64,000 nucleotides of DNA from Vicinamibacterales bacterium (GCA_965249175.1 OZ252227.1:2299699-2363698), one strand, 5' to 3'. Counted from the first letter of the stretch, positions 27,818-39,081 are shown. Notes: a model not told the origin generated them from the sequence alone. Made by a program: numbers and translations.

Positions 27818-30720
27818 TCATCGCTGAGGCCATCATGCTTCTTTCGGTGGCGACGGCCGGGCCGGCCGAGCGTGGCCCGGAGCCTCACCCCATCGCGTCA
27901 GGACCGGTCCGCGCTGCCCAGGCGGCGCCAGCAGCCGCCGCGGACGACAGCGTCGCCATTATCGCCTTCTCCAACATCTCTCGGATCGCGGAGGACGACT
28001 GGATCGGCACAGGCATCGCCGAAGCCCTCACCGTCGAGCTCGGGCGTGCCAACGACCTGTCTGTTTTGGGGCGTCAGGCGGTCTCGGGCGCGTTGGAGAA
28101 CGTGAGCAGCGCAGACGGCATTGCTGGAGCGACAGCGCTTGCCGCAGGCCGCCTCCTCGGCGTGCAGTGGGTCCTCAGTGGCGGCTACCAGCGGGTGGGC
28201 GACCAGATGCGCATCACGGCGCGGGTCGTGGACGTGGCGACCGCCACCGAGGTGCACACGGCGATCGTCGACGGCGCGCTGGCGGAGCTGTTCGCCTTAC
28301 AGGACCGGCTCGCTGCCGACCTGAGACGCGGGCTGTCGGGCGCGGGTGGTGCAATCGCGACGTCGGGGACGGCTCGCACACCAACCAGCAGCGAGGCGGT
28401 CCCTCCCACCGTTGATCCTCCCGGACCGGCACCGGACGGCGTCGCGACGGCGTCTGGCCGCAGCGGCTTCACGGCGGCGCCCGTCGGCTTCATCGATGGC
28501 CCTGCACCGCCAGTGGCGCCGGAGACGATGACACGCGATGCCGCCGGACGCGTCACGGTGCGGGCGGTCCGGCTCACCGAACCGTTCCGCCTCGACGGCG
28601 CGCTCGACGAAAGCGTCTACGAGACGGTGCCGCCCGTCGGCGGCTTCCTTCAGCAGTTGCCCGATGAGGGGGCGCCCACAACCGAACGGACCGAGGCGTG
28701 GGTCTTCTACGACGACAGCACCGTGTATGTCGGCGCGCGCTTGTGGGACTCGGCGCCCGAGTCACAGTGGATCGCCAATGAGATGGTGCGCGATTCGTTC
28801 CAGCTCGTGAACAACGACTACTTCAGCGTCGCGTTCGACACGTTCTACGACCGGCGCAACGGCGTGTCCTTCATGGTCAACCCGATTGGCGGCTTCATGG
28901 ACTACGAGATCTCCGACGAAGGGTTCTCCAACGCCGACTGGAACCCCATCTGGGACGTGAGGACGGGCCGATTCGACGGGGGCTGGACCGTCGAGATGGA
29001 AATCCCCTTCAAGTCCCTCCGTTATCGGCCGGGCGCATCGCAGATCTGGGGATTCCAGCTCGGGCGGGCGATTCGCTGGAAGAACGAACAGACCTATCTG
29101 ACGCCGGTGCCGGCCTCCGCCGGGCCAGGCGAGTTCCGTCTGTCCGTGGCTGGCACCCTGACCGGCGTGGAAGTCCAGCCGGGCAACAGGACGCTGGAGG
29201 TCAAGCCATACGCGATCGGCTCGCTCGCCACCGACGTCAACGCCGTCCCGCGCATCTCGAACGACGGTGACGGCGACTTTGGATTCGACGTCAAGTATGG
29301 GGTCACCCAGAACCTGACGGCGGACTTCACCTACAACACCGATTTCGCCCAAGTCGAAGTCGACCAGCAGCAAGTGAACCTGACGCGGTTCAGTCTCTTC
29401 TTCCCCGAGAAGCGCGAGTTCTTCCTCGAAGGACAAGGCATCTTCGACTTCGGGCGCGGCGTCACCATCATCGGCGGGGGTTCCGGCGGGGTCCAGCGCG
29501 GCGGGGGCGGCTTCTTCGGAGGTGGCGACGTGCCCACGCTCTTTTTCAGCCGGCGGATCGGGCTGGAAAGCGGACAGGCCGTCCCGATTCTGGGGGGCGG
29601 CCGGCTCACCGGCAAGGCCGGCAAGTTCAGCATCGGGGCCGTAAACATTCAGACGGACGACGCCCCGAGCGTCGGCGCCCTGTCGACCAACTTTACCGTC
29701 CTCCGGGTCAAACGCGACATCCTGCGCCGTAGCCGTATCGGCGGCATCTTCACCGGCCGGTCGGTGTCGACGGTGGGCGCAGGATCGAACGAGGTCTACG
29801 GCCTTGACGCGCTCTTTTCGTTCTACGACAACGTGAACTTCAACGGCTACTATGCCCGGACGCGCACGCCCGGATTGGACGGCGACGACGCGAGCTACCA
29901 GGGAAGGTTCAACTACACCGGCGACCGCTACGGCTTCGAGCTCGACCACCTGCGGGTCGGCGACCACTTCAACCCGGAAATCGGATTCCTCCGTCGTGAC
30001 GACTTCCGGCGCACCTTCACGACGGCGCGGTTCAGCCCTCGGCCTGCCTCGATTCGCGCGGTGCGCCAGTTTACGTGGGAAGCCAGCCTCGACTACATAC
30101 AGAACGGCGCCGGGCTAATCGAGACGCGAATCGCGCAGGCCCGGTTCGAAACGGAATTCGAGAACACTGATCGGTTCGGCGTCGATGTCCAGCAGAGCTA
30201 CGAGCTCCTCGTCCAGCCCTTCGCGATCGCGACCGACGTCACGATTCCGGTCGGCGCCTACGACTTCGAGGACTTCTTCGTGTCTTATTCCATGGGGGCC
30301 CAACGGCGGGTGTCAGGCAACCTCTCGTTCCAGCGCGGCGAGTTCTTCGGCGGGCACATCACGGCGGTCGGATTTGGCGGCGGATTTGGAGGCGGCCGGG
30401 TCGAGGTGACACGGCAGTTCTCAATCGAGCCGGGCCTGTCCATCAATCGGATCGATCTCCCGCAAGGCAACTTCACGGCGACGCTGGTCCAGAGTCGTGT
30501 GACCTACACCCTGACCCCGCGGATGTTCGTCGGTGGTTTGCTGCAATACAACAACAGCACTGATTCGTTCAGCACCAACGTCAGGCTGCGGTGGGAATAT
30601 CAGCCGGGGAGCGAACTGTTCGTCGTTTACAATGACCAGCGCGATACGTCACTTCGCGGCACGCCGTTCCTCGAAAACCGCGCCTTTATTGTCAAGTTCA
30701 CGCGGCTGTTTCGGTTCTGA
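27814..30720 (+). CDS. TolB-N/CsgG-like domain + CBM9-like + DUF5916 outer-membrane protein
   Basis: SVAIIAFSN..DWIGTGIAEAL..GGYQRVGDQMRITAR; GWTVEMEIPFKSLRY; NTDFAQVEVD..NLTRFSLFFPEKREFFLEG; C-terminal F. Confidence 0.85.
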   Translation: MIIAEAIMLLSVATAGPAERGPEPHPIASGPVRAAQAAPAAAADDSVAIIAFSNISRIAEDDWIGTGIAEALTVELGRANDLSVLGRQAVSGALENVSSADGIAGATALAAGRLLGVQWVLSGGYQRVGDQMRITARVVDVATATEVHTAIVDGALAELFALQDRLAADLRRGLSGAGGAIATSGTARTPTSSEAVPPTVDPPGPAPDGVATASGRSGFTAAPVGFIDGPAPPVAPETMTRDAAGRVTVRAVRLTEPFRLDGALDESVYETVPPVGGFLQQLPDEGAPTTERTEAWVFYDDSTVYVGARLWDSAPESQWIANEMVRDSFQLVNNDYFSVAFDTFYDRRNGVSFMVNPIGGFMDYEISDEGFSNADWNPIWDVRTGRFDGGWTVEMEIPFKSLRYRPGASQIWGFQLGRAIRWKNEQTYLTPVPASAGPGEFRLSVAGTLTGVEVQPGNRTLEVKPYAIGSLATDVNAVPRISNDGDGDFGFDVKYGVTQNLTADFTYNTDFAQVEVDQQQVNLTRFSLFFPEKREFFLEGQGIFDFGRGVTIIGGGSGGVQRGGGGFFGGGDVPTLFFSRRIGLESGQAVPILGGGRLTGKAGKFSIGAVNIQTDDAPSVGALSTNFTVLRVKRDILRRSRIGGIFTGRSVSTVGAGSNEVYGLDALFSFYDNVNFNGYYARTRTPGLDGDDASYQGRFNYTGDRYGFELDHLRVGDHFNPEIGFLRRDDFRRTFTTARFSPRPASIRAVRQFTWEASLDYIQNGAGLIETRIAQARFETEFENTDRFGVDVQQSYELLVQPFAIATDVTIPVGAYDFEDFFVSYSMGAQRRVSGNLSFQRGEFFGGHITAVGFGGGFGGGRVEVTRQFSIEPGLSINRIDLPQGNFTATLVQSRVTYTLTPRMFVGGLLQYNNSTDSFSTNVRLRWEYQPGSELFVVYNDQRDTSLRGTPFLENRAFIVKFTRLFRF

Positions 30721-30726
30721 CGCGTG

Positions 30727-30801
30727 CCCCCTCCGCGCCGACCCCCGCTTCCGGGCCCTCCTCCGCCGCATGAACTTCCCGGAGACGGCGGCAACGGCTA
30801 G
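30727..30801 (+). repeat. 3' tail remnant of a kinase-TolB-TPR gene
   Basis: PLRADPRFRALLRRMNFPETAATA, the typical C-terminus of these proteins. Confidence 0.75.
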
Positions 30802-31348
30802 CAGCCCGTGGTGAAAGTCTTGAATTAGATCGATCGCCAGAATCGATCGCGGTTCCTATACTCGGCGTATGGCGATGGGTACGAAACGGAAGCGCAACCG
30901 TCAACGGTCCATGTGGATCGCGACAGCGGATCTCCCGCAGAGCGCCGGGCATCCCTTCTATGAGCGGCTGAATCGTGTACTGGACGACGCGGGCTTCGAC
31001 ACCTTCGTCGAGGCGCAGTGCACGAAGTTCTATGCCGAGGGCCTCGGTCGCCCCAGTGTGACGCCGGGCCGCTGTTTCCGGTTGCTGCTGCTCGGCTACT
31101 TCGAAGGGCTGGACTCGGAGCGGGCGATCGCGTGGCGTGCCGCTGATTCGCTGAGTATTCGGGACTTCTTGGACTTTGATCTGCATGAGGCCCCGCCGGA
31201 TCATTCGACGCTGTCGCGCACGCGCCGACTGATTGACGTCGAAACGCATCAGGCGGTCTTCACCTGGGTGTTGCAGCGACTGGCGGACGCTGACCTCGTG
31301 CACGGGCGCACGATTGGGATTGATGCGACGACGCTCGAGGCCAACTGA
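30802..31348 (+). mobile_element. Truncated IS1182/IS5-like element (relative of 11783-13250); CDS fragment 30869-31348
   Basis: CTAG plus CAGCCCGTGGTGAAAGTC left end; protein ends at IDATTLEAN. Confidence 0.9.
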
Positions 31349-31427
31349 AACAGCGGTTCGAGCCCGAGGCCAGCGCGGCACCGCGCCGCGGCAGTGTCAG
31401 GCGGCGCCTTGTATTGTGCTGTCATGG

Positions 31428-32533
31428 GGTATCCATTTAACCGGAGTAGCCCGGATCCGAGGTTCTCCAGGGGCGGTTCGCGGGTGGGCGCTCCAGACTC
31501 GGCGGGGGTCCCGGGGTATACGGCGGCGAAGGCGGGAGAGCCCGAGGGTGCGCGTGGGCGATCAGATCGTGGTAGCGGACCGGGGCATGGGCCACGGCGA
31601 GGTCGAGCACCCGAAAGAACACCAGCCCGCGGCTGCGGGAGCGGCGGCGGTTGAAGCGAAACACGAACTCGTTCAGGTAACCGGGCAGGTGCGCGTCGCC
31701 CACGGAGCCCTGGTGTGTGCCAAGCAGCCAGCGCTTGACCAGAGAGGCGACCCGGTGGACAGCAGGGAGCAGTTCGTGGGGATCTTCACCTCGGAGCCGG
31801 AGCCGGGCGGCTCGTAGGCTGCGCCGGTCGTGGACGTAACCCAGCTTCTCGAGTCCGTGGTAGCCCTGCCAGCCGTCGGTAATGACCCGGGCGCCGGGCT
31901 CGACGTGATCGGCACAAAGGCGTGCAACGAGGCGGCCGACGCATCCGCGATGGGCTGGAGCCGGCACCGGCCAAGCCTTTTCGTCTCTTGGACTTCCACA
32001 GCCATGCCGGTCAGCACCTTCTTCCCCCGCGCTCGCCCGCCGCGCAGGCCCGTTTCCTCTCCGCCAATGTAGGTTTCATCCACCTCCACCGTGCCGGCCA
32101 GCCGGTCACGGCCCGGGCGCACCAGCACCGACCGGAGCCGGTGCAACACCGCCCACGCGGTCTGGTAGGAGCCGATCTCCAGCGTCCGCTTCAGGCTCAG
32201 TGCGGAGATCCCGTCCTTGCCCGTCGTGAACAGCCAGCACGCGGTAAACCAGACCGTCAGCGGTGTGCGCGTGCGATCAAAGATTGTGCCCGCCGTTATC
32301 GAGATCCGACCGCCGCAGCTCGCGCACATGATTCGTCGGTCGCTCAGGTACCAGCGCCCCCCATGACCGCAGCCAGGGCAGGAAAAGCCGGCTGGCCAGC
32401 GAAGCCATTCCAGGTAGTCGAGGCAATCCGCATCGGTCCGGAACCACGCCTGGAACTCACCCACGGACGTGGATAGTGCCTGCCAGCGCGGGGATGCTCC
32501 ACGCTCCTAGCTTACTCCGGTTAAATGGATACC
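31428..32533 (-). mobile_element. IS1595-family element, frameshifted transposase
   Basis: IR GGTATCCATTTAACCGGAGTA/TACTCCGGTTAAATGGATACC; Zn ribbon, VEVDETY, TDGW, YLNEFVFRFNRR. Confidence 0.9.
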
Positions 32534-33819
32534 GCAGATGTGCTGTTATCTTCGAACAGCGCCTCGAGCTCGGCGACGGCACGATCACCCTCCATCGACG
32601 CGCGGACCCGTTGTCCCATTGTGGCCGCGCAGACCGCGAAATCGGGATCGGCTAAGAGTCGCTCGAGCGCTGCCCGGATCGTTTTGCTGGAGGCGCTCGG
32701 CTTGACCTGCACACCGGTGCCATGGACCTGGAGGCGGGCAGCGTTGTCGTTTTGATCGCGGCCGTGGGGGATGCACAGGATCGGCATGTCGGCGGCCAGT
32801 GCCTTCATTACGGTGCCATGGCCACCGTGAGTGATGACGGCGCTGGTTTGCTTCAGCACTTGCGCATGGGGCGCAGACTTGACCACCACCACGTTGTCCG
32901 GCGAGCTGAAATGCGCCGGGTCGAACACGTCGCCCAGCGTGACCACGGCGCGCACCGGCATCGTGCCGACAGCGTCGATGATGCGCTGCGTCGCCGCCGA
33001 TTGATTCTGGAAGCTGGTGCCCATGCTAACCAATACGAGCGGCTCGGCGCTGTCCGCTGGCCAGCGAGATTGCCATGGTGCGGCCCAGCTTGGATCGTCG
33101 AGTTGCGGTCCCACATAGCGGACGTTTTCGGGAAGGATCTGGCGCTCGAAATCGAACTCGCGCGTCGAGAGGAGCAGAAGCTTGTCGAGCCGGTCCATCA
33201 GATCGAAGGGATGCGCAACCGGTTGGAGCCCGAGGCCTCTGCGGGCCGCCGCGATCGGCGCGTGACCGCTCGCGAACATGCGCATCATCATCCCGTTGAA
33301 GAACCGATCGCGCAGGCGGCCCAGGGGGCCGGCGGCCGGTTTGAATCCCATGCCCAGGGGCGTCGAACCGGGGCCCGGACGCATCAGGATGTTCGGCATC
33401 AGCCCAGCGCTTGGCAGGCCCGACTTCTCCGCGCCGATCACCGCGCCGAGGAGGAAAGAGTCGACAATGACGGCGTCGATACCCTGTTCGTCGATCACCT
33501 CGAGGACGTCGTCGGCGAAGGCGCGCGCCGGACCGCACATCATCGCATCGCGCGCCCGCTTGAAGGCTGCCAAGGGGCTTCCCTCCCAGTCGCGAAATGG
33601 ATCGTGCTCCTCGCGGCGCGACTCGCGATTGGGGGCGCGGCGGTACTCGCTAAAGCTGCATCTGGCGGTCAGCGCATCGCTCTCGGAAGGATGCTCGCCG
33701 AGAACGTGTACGCTATGGCCTCGCGCGATGAGTCGCTTGGCGACGCCAAGCTCCGGCGGAATGGTTCCGCCGCCGTCCCAGATCACCAACAAGAAACGCT
33801 TCTTGCCCCTTGTGCTCAT
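32521..33819 (-). CDS. Family 1 (MGT/UDP) glycosyltransferase
   Basis: WDGGG..LIARGHSV; PHAQVL..ITHGGHGT..PHGRDQNDNA. Confidence 0.9.
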   Translation of the reverse strand: MSTRGKKRFLLVIWDGGGTIPPELGVAKRLIARGHSVHVLGEHPSESDALTARCSFSEYRRAPNRESRREEHDPFRDWEGSPLAAFKRARDAMMCGPARAFADDVLEVIDEQGIDAVIVDSFLLGAVIGAEKSGLPSAGLMPNILMRPGPGSTPLGMGFKPAAGPLGRLRDRFFNGMMMRMFASGHAPIAAARRGLGLQPVAHPFDLMDRLDKLLLLSTREFDFERQILPENVRYVGPQLDDPSWAAPWQSRWPADSAEPLVLVSMGTSFQNQSAATQRIIDAVGTMPVRAVVTLGDVFDPAHFSSPDNVVVVKSAPHAQVLKQTSAVITHGGHGTVMKALAADMPILCIPHGRDQNDNAARLQVHGTGVQVKPSASSKTIRAALERLLADPDFAVCAATMGQRVRASMEGDRAVAELEALFEDNSTSAVSI

Positions 33820-33941
33820 CTTCGCTTCCCCTTCTTTCCTTGTTCGCTAAGAGCCTCGAGTAGCTCGCGCATTCCCTGGGCCGTCGCTTGTTCTGAGAGC
33901 CCGAAGTCACGGCGCAGGACCTTCCAGACCTGTAGGTCTAG
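33816..33941 (-). pseudogene. C-terminal remnant of a probable TetR-family regulator
   Basis: DLQVWKVLRRDFGLS; stop overlaps the glycosyltransferase ATG. Confidence 0.55.
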
Positions 33942-34030
33942 CAGCCCGTGAGGAAAGTCGCGCGTTGCACCGGAGACCGTCGAGGGGATGAATCGGCGGT
34001 CGAATGCCGCGGGACTTTCACCACGGGCTG
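33942..34030. mobile_element. 89-bp MITE carrying the IRs of the IS1182/IS5-like element
   Basis: CTAG-CAGCCCGTGAGGAAAGTC..GACTTTCACCACGGGCTG-CTAA. Confidence 0.85.
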
Positions 34031-34047
34031 CTAAGGAGGACGACTCA

Positions 34048-34711
34048 ATGAAACTCTACCTGCGTTTCCTGTTCGCCGTGGCCATCACGCTCCCGGTGCT
34101 GCCAGTCGGTACTGACGCTCACTTCCAGCTGCTGGAGCCGGCGTCCTCGGTCGAGGAGAACCCGCTTGGCGACCCCCAGAAGCTCGGACCGTGCGGCGGC
34201 GACCCGCGCGGCGAGAACGCAGAGCTTCTGACAGGCGCCGTCACCGAGGTCACCGGCGGTTCCCAGCTCCACGTGAAGATCCAGGAAACGATTTTCCACT
34301 CGGGCCACTACCGCATCGCACTCTCGGTGAACTCACGGAACGAGCTGCCGCCGGACCCGATAACCTTCGAGAAGTACACGGACAGAGGCGTGTATTCAAC
34401 CTGGGGAGCGATTCAAAGCCCGCCGCAGATCCCCGTCATCGCTGACGGCCTGTTCAGGCACTATCCAGAAGAAGGCCAGCGTGCCTCCTTCAGACCCGAG
34501 ACGCCGATGGCTCCATGGGAGACCGACATCCCACTCCCGAACATCACCTGCGAGAAGTGCACGCTACAAGTGATCCAAATTCATGGCAGATCACGCGTAT
34601 AACCAGCCAGGCGGCTACTCCTACCACCACTGCGCTGACCTGAAAATTACGGCGGATCCGTCGAAGCCGATCGACGAGGGCTGGCTGACGACGACGACGA
34701 CAGGAAACTAG
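34048..34711 (+). CDS. SCE4755-like polysaccharide-monooxygenase-like secreted protein, +1 frameshift near 34578
   Basis: Signal peptide then His1 (TDA-HFQL), QKLGPCG, HSGHYRIA, CEKCTLQVIQ/FM..YHHCAD. Confidence 0.75.
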
Positions 34712-34777
34712 AAGCCATCTCACACACTCCGCATCAGGATGAGGCAGCTAAGAAGTTCTCGGGAAAGCTACCTCGGC

Positions 34778-35085
34778 ACCTGGACGTTCCGCTTGACGTG
34801 ACGGGTGCGACTCAAGAGGCTCTCGATCGCATTGGTCGTGGCCAGCGACCGCTGCAGCCGCTCGGACAGCCCGAGCGCGATCACGGTGAGCGTCTCGTCA
34901 AGCCCCTCCCGGACACTAGCGGCCGCACTCGGATGCTCGCCATCCAACCGGCGGGCGAGGTCCTGCAGGCACCGCCGGGCCGTCTTGACGTCGGCCCTCG
35001 CATAGGCGCGCGTGAGGATCGCCCGGACGCAGGCCGTTGCACCTCCGGGAGATGCTCGAGCACGTGTGCCGCTTGTGGACCTGAC
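34778..35085 (-). mobile_element. Internal fragment of an IS256 type D-like transposase
   Basis: Aligns with the LSERLQRSLATTNAIESLLSRTRHVKRNV region of 62559-63836. Confidence 0.8.
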
Positions 35086-35107
35086 ACCAATTTATGTCGT
35101 GCGTTCC

Positions 35108-38100
35108 TCAGCCTTTGAGGTCCCATCGCCCCGGGGCGAACACGCCGACTGTGCGCTTGGGGTCTGCGAACCCCTGATCCCGCAGCCAGCCGTCGGCGGT
35201 CTCCACGAGGTCGTGTCCCTCCCCGCCACCGACCAGCGTTCCGAGTCGTCGCTGCACGGCGGCCCGACGCAGCTTCATACCGCCCTCGTCGAACCCCCGG
35301 TCGGCGCGCCGTAGCCAGGCGACCGCGGCCTCCCGATCGTCCTGGTAGCTGGCGATGCCGGCGCGGATCAGCGCGCCCAGTGGCGGTCCCCACGCGACGC
35401 CCTCGCGCTCGAGCCGTCTGGCGTCGGCCGCGGCCAGACGAAAGTGTGAGCGGATCGTCTTCGGGTCGAGCCCGGCGCTAGCGGAGGCCAGTGCGGCTCG
35501 GGCGCGCTGGTCGTGCCGGTTCATCCTGGTCGACTGCTCGAGCAGCCGCACCGCCGCTGCGGTAGACCAGTGATCGGTCACGAACGCCCAAGCGATGTCG
35601 GCCGGACCGGCATACAGCAGGAACTCGCCCTGGCGATACAGGCTCGACGCGCGCTGGAACGTCGCGTGGCTGGTCGAGAACCTGGACATGGCGGCATCGA
35701 TGTCCTCGACCGCAGCCTGGGGCGCGTTGTCCGCGAAGCAGGTAACGCTGGCGCGGTGAATCCGCATGGAAACCTCTCCGTAGAGATTGCCTTGTTCGCG
35801 GGCCTCGCGGAGGTAGCCGGGCACGCGTCGGCGAAACTCCCGGAACTCTCCGGCCTCGAACAGACACTCCAGCGCGTAAACCCGGCAGGTCACCACCTCG
35901 GTAGCCAGTCCGGCGCATTGCTCCCGGAAGATGTGCCCCGCCTCATCGAGTTGCTCGCGGCCCTGCCGCCAGTGGCCGGCCATCATCGCGATCATCCCAG
36001 CGGACAGCTTCAACAGCCCCTGCATGCGCGGGTGCTCCCCCGCCAGCTCCGTGGCCCGTGACAGGAGGCGCCGGCCTCGCGGTCGGCTGCCCGCGCTGGC
36101 GGCGTCGGCCACCGCTTGGAACGACAGCGCCAGGATCAGATGGCGAGTCTGCAGCTCGACGGCACGGACGATCGCGGTGTTGCTGAGCGCCCGGCAGGCA
36201 GACCGGCAGAAGTCGATGCGGAGGAGGTCCCCGGGAGCGACCTGCGTCTCGGAGCGCTGGTGAAACCGGACACCCCGCAGCAGCCGATACGGTAGCCAAA
36301 ACACCAGCGACAGCAGCGCGCGCCGTGGGGTGGACGCGAGCCGCAGCCCCACCACGGCCAGCACGTGACGGAAACAGGGTCATGCCCTCGTCGACGTGTC
36401 CCCCTAGCAACAGTTGCTCGGCGGCGAGGCGGTTCAGCTCGAGCTGCTCGCTGGCCGAGGCGTCTATCACGGCGGCCCGGTAGGCGCGGGCCGCGTCGAT
36501 CGGGCGGCCCGCGCTGGCGATGGCGTCTCCGAGTTTCACCGCGAGCGGGAGCTCGGTGGCGCCGGTGGACGTCTCGTCTCGCCGGTCGCCCAGGGCGGTG
36601 GACAGTTCTTCGCTACGCCGGTGCTCCCAGCCGTTGGACGCCGGGCGAGCCTGCGCGGTGGGGGAGCGGGCCGGCCGCAGAGTCGCGGCCCGCCGGTAGA
36701 GCTCGGCGGCGCGGTCGAACGCCAGGGACTCGCTCGCCTGGTCGGCGGCAGCCTCGGCATATCGGGCCGCTCGCGCCAGGTCGCCGGCTCCCTCGAAGTG
36801 ACGCGCCGGCGCCTCGGGGTCGGCCTGACCGGTCGCCTCAAGGGCCAGTGCCAGCCGATTGTGATGTCCCCGTCGCGCGTCGGGTGACAGCGCCGCGGCG
36901 ATCGCCTCCCGGATACGGTCGTGATACGGCTCGACCTGGGTGTCGCCGTCGAGCACGGCCGTGCGGATGAACTGGGCGGCGCGAAGGGGAGCCAGCACGT
37001 CGAAGTCCGACGAATCGAGGGCCGCGGCCTCCGTTGCCACCGACAGTGGAACTGGGCGCCCCGCCACCGCGGTCACCTCCAGCAGTCGTCTCGACTCGGT
37101 TGGCAGCTGAGCGGCCCGGGCGTCAAGCAGGCGGCCCAGGTTTGCCTCGGCCTCGCCGACTTCCCCGTGACGCGCGAGTTGGGCGATGAAAAAGGGGTTG
37201 CCGCCAGCCTCGCTAGCGATACGGTTGGCCCGTCCTGCCACACCGGCCGCTCCCGGTCCGATCAGCGTGGCGGCCAGCTCCCGAGACTCGGCATTCGAAA
37301 GTTCGGTCACTAGGACCTCGGCCACGTGAGCCTCGGGGCCTACCAGCTCGCGTATCGGCAGGAGCCGGGCGAGGGTGGGGCTCGTCGACGCGTCCTCACT
37401 GCGATAGCAAAACAGCAGCAACAACGAGGGGGCATCGGGAGGGCGGAGCAGCTCGCCCAGGAGGTCGGCGCTGTCGGCGTCGCCCCACTGCAGGTCGTCG
37501 ATGACGAGCACCAGGGGTGACCGTTCTGCCAGGCGGCCGAGCAGCTCCCGTAATGCGCCGAACGCCCGGCGGCGGATCTCGAGGGTGTCGGGGATCGCGG
37601 CCTCCCGCCGAGGCGTCCCGACGATCGCGGGGACCTGGCGTAGCACGGGGAAGACCCGGGCCAGCGCGGTGACCCTGCGTGGAAGCAGCGACTCTCCCCG
37701 GTCCCGGGGCAGGCGCCGAAGATACTGGCTCAACGCGTCGACCACGCTGTCGAGCGCCTTGAACGGCACTGCTTCCTGCTCGAAACACCGCCCCTGTAGC
37801 ACCACGGTGTCACGAGCCGGGTCCAGCAAGGTCTGCAGGAACTGGCGGATGAGCACGGTCTTGCCGAGCCCCGAGCGTCCCCGGACGCCTACCACGGCCG
37901 TCCGGCCATCGTTCATCGCATCGAATCCGGCACGCAGCGTGCGCAGCTGTTCGGCACGGCCGACGAAGGCCGACCCGGCGGCGGGCTGACGGACGGCGGC
38001 CGGGACCCGAGCACCCCCCGTACCCCCCAGACGCGCCAGTATCTCGCTGCCGGGTGGTCGGGCGTCTGGCACTCTCTGCAGCAGCTCGAGACAGAGCGTC

Positions 38101-38495
38101 TCGAGATCCTGGGGGACGCCGGTCACCAACGCGGAGGGAGAGGTCGGATCGCGGTACCGTTTGTCCCACAGGAGCTGGAGCACATCGCCGGTGAACGGCA
38201 GCAGGCCCGTGAGCGCCCGATACAGCACGACGCCGAAGCTGTACCAGTCCGAGGCCTCCGTCGCGGTTTGGTTCGACGCCTGGTTCTCGTGCGAGACGCC
38301 GGCGAGGGTACGGAACTCCCGCTTGAAGCGATACTAGGCGCCGGCATCGTCGACCCGATGCAAAGCCTTGAGCGCGATCACGGCGTCGTGATCGCGGTCG
38401 TGCACCTCGTAGACCACACCGAAGCTGCCGGCGCCGAGCCGGCGTCGGACGTGGAAGCGGTCGGTGCCGGAGAACTCGCTGGCCGCCTGCCCCAT
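35108..38495 (-). pseudogene. Ser/Thr kinase-AAA ATPase-TPR multidomain gene, degraded
   Basis: LGAGSFGVVY, IALK, internal TAG, jump from HEN to ASDWYSFG; FVGRAEQL, GRSGLGKT, VIDDLQWGD, GGNPFF; frameshift near 36370. Confidence 0.85.
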
Positions 38496-38599
38496 CTCGC
38501 GGTCAATCGTAGTCGACCGCGCACGGTGACGCGGCGGCGTTCACGGTGCAGCCGTGGAACCTCTCGGGCCAGGAGTTCGATTTCGATGCGGATGGAGCG

Positions 38600-38820
38600 G
38601 TGTTTCGTTCGAGTGGCACCCGGACAGCATTGTCTTTGAGAGTCGGAATTCCGGCGGTCAAATCCTCGAGTCGTGGATCTACGAAGGGTCAGGAATCCCG
38701 ACTCCGGGGAACGAGAAGGTGAGAATGAACGTGTGGTTGATCGGCGGCAATCCCCCGCGCGGGGGGCATTCAGAGGAAGTGATTGTCACGGACTTTGCGT
38801 TTCTGCCATTGGAGCCGTGA
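38600..38820 (+). pseudogene. Glycoside hydrolase (GH16-like) C-terminal fragment
   Basis: FEWHPDSIVF..IPTPGNEKVRMNVWL..EVIVTDFAF. Confidence 0.5.
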
Positions 38821-38967
38821 CACTGGAATAGCGACTGTGTCGTCCGACGCGAGGTCCTCGGGGTGGATTGGGATCGCGACTGGGAGGACTCGGACGTCCA
38901 TCTGCTGGCGTCATCCTCGCAGTCCGGGTCCGACGACCTCCAGCGTCTCGTCCCAACGCCCTGAAAC

Positions 38968-39081
38968 AACCGGTGTCCGGCTCGGATCCTGTGAGGTCAC
39001 GGCCTGCATTGGCGCTGGGGTATGGGGGGGGTCTACCGCGCCCGCGACACGACGCTCGACCGCGACCTGGCGCTGAACGTG
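38968..39081 (+). repeat. Degenerate kinase 5' fragment K7
   Basis: GVRLGSCEVTACIGAG/MGGVYRARDTTLDRDLALNV. Confidence 0.8.

Noticed and set aside
34688-34702. (ACG)n microsatellite as a phase-variation tract
   Set aside because: Short in-frame Thr run at the extreme C-terminus.
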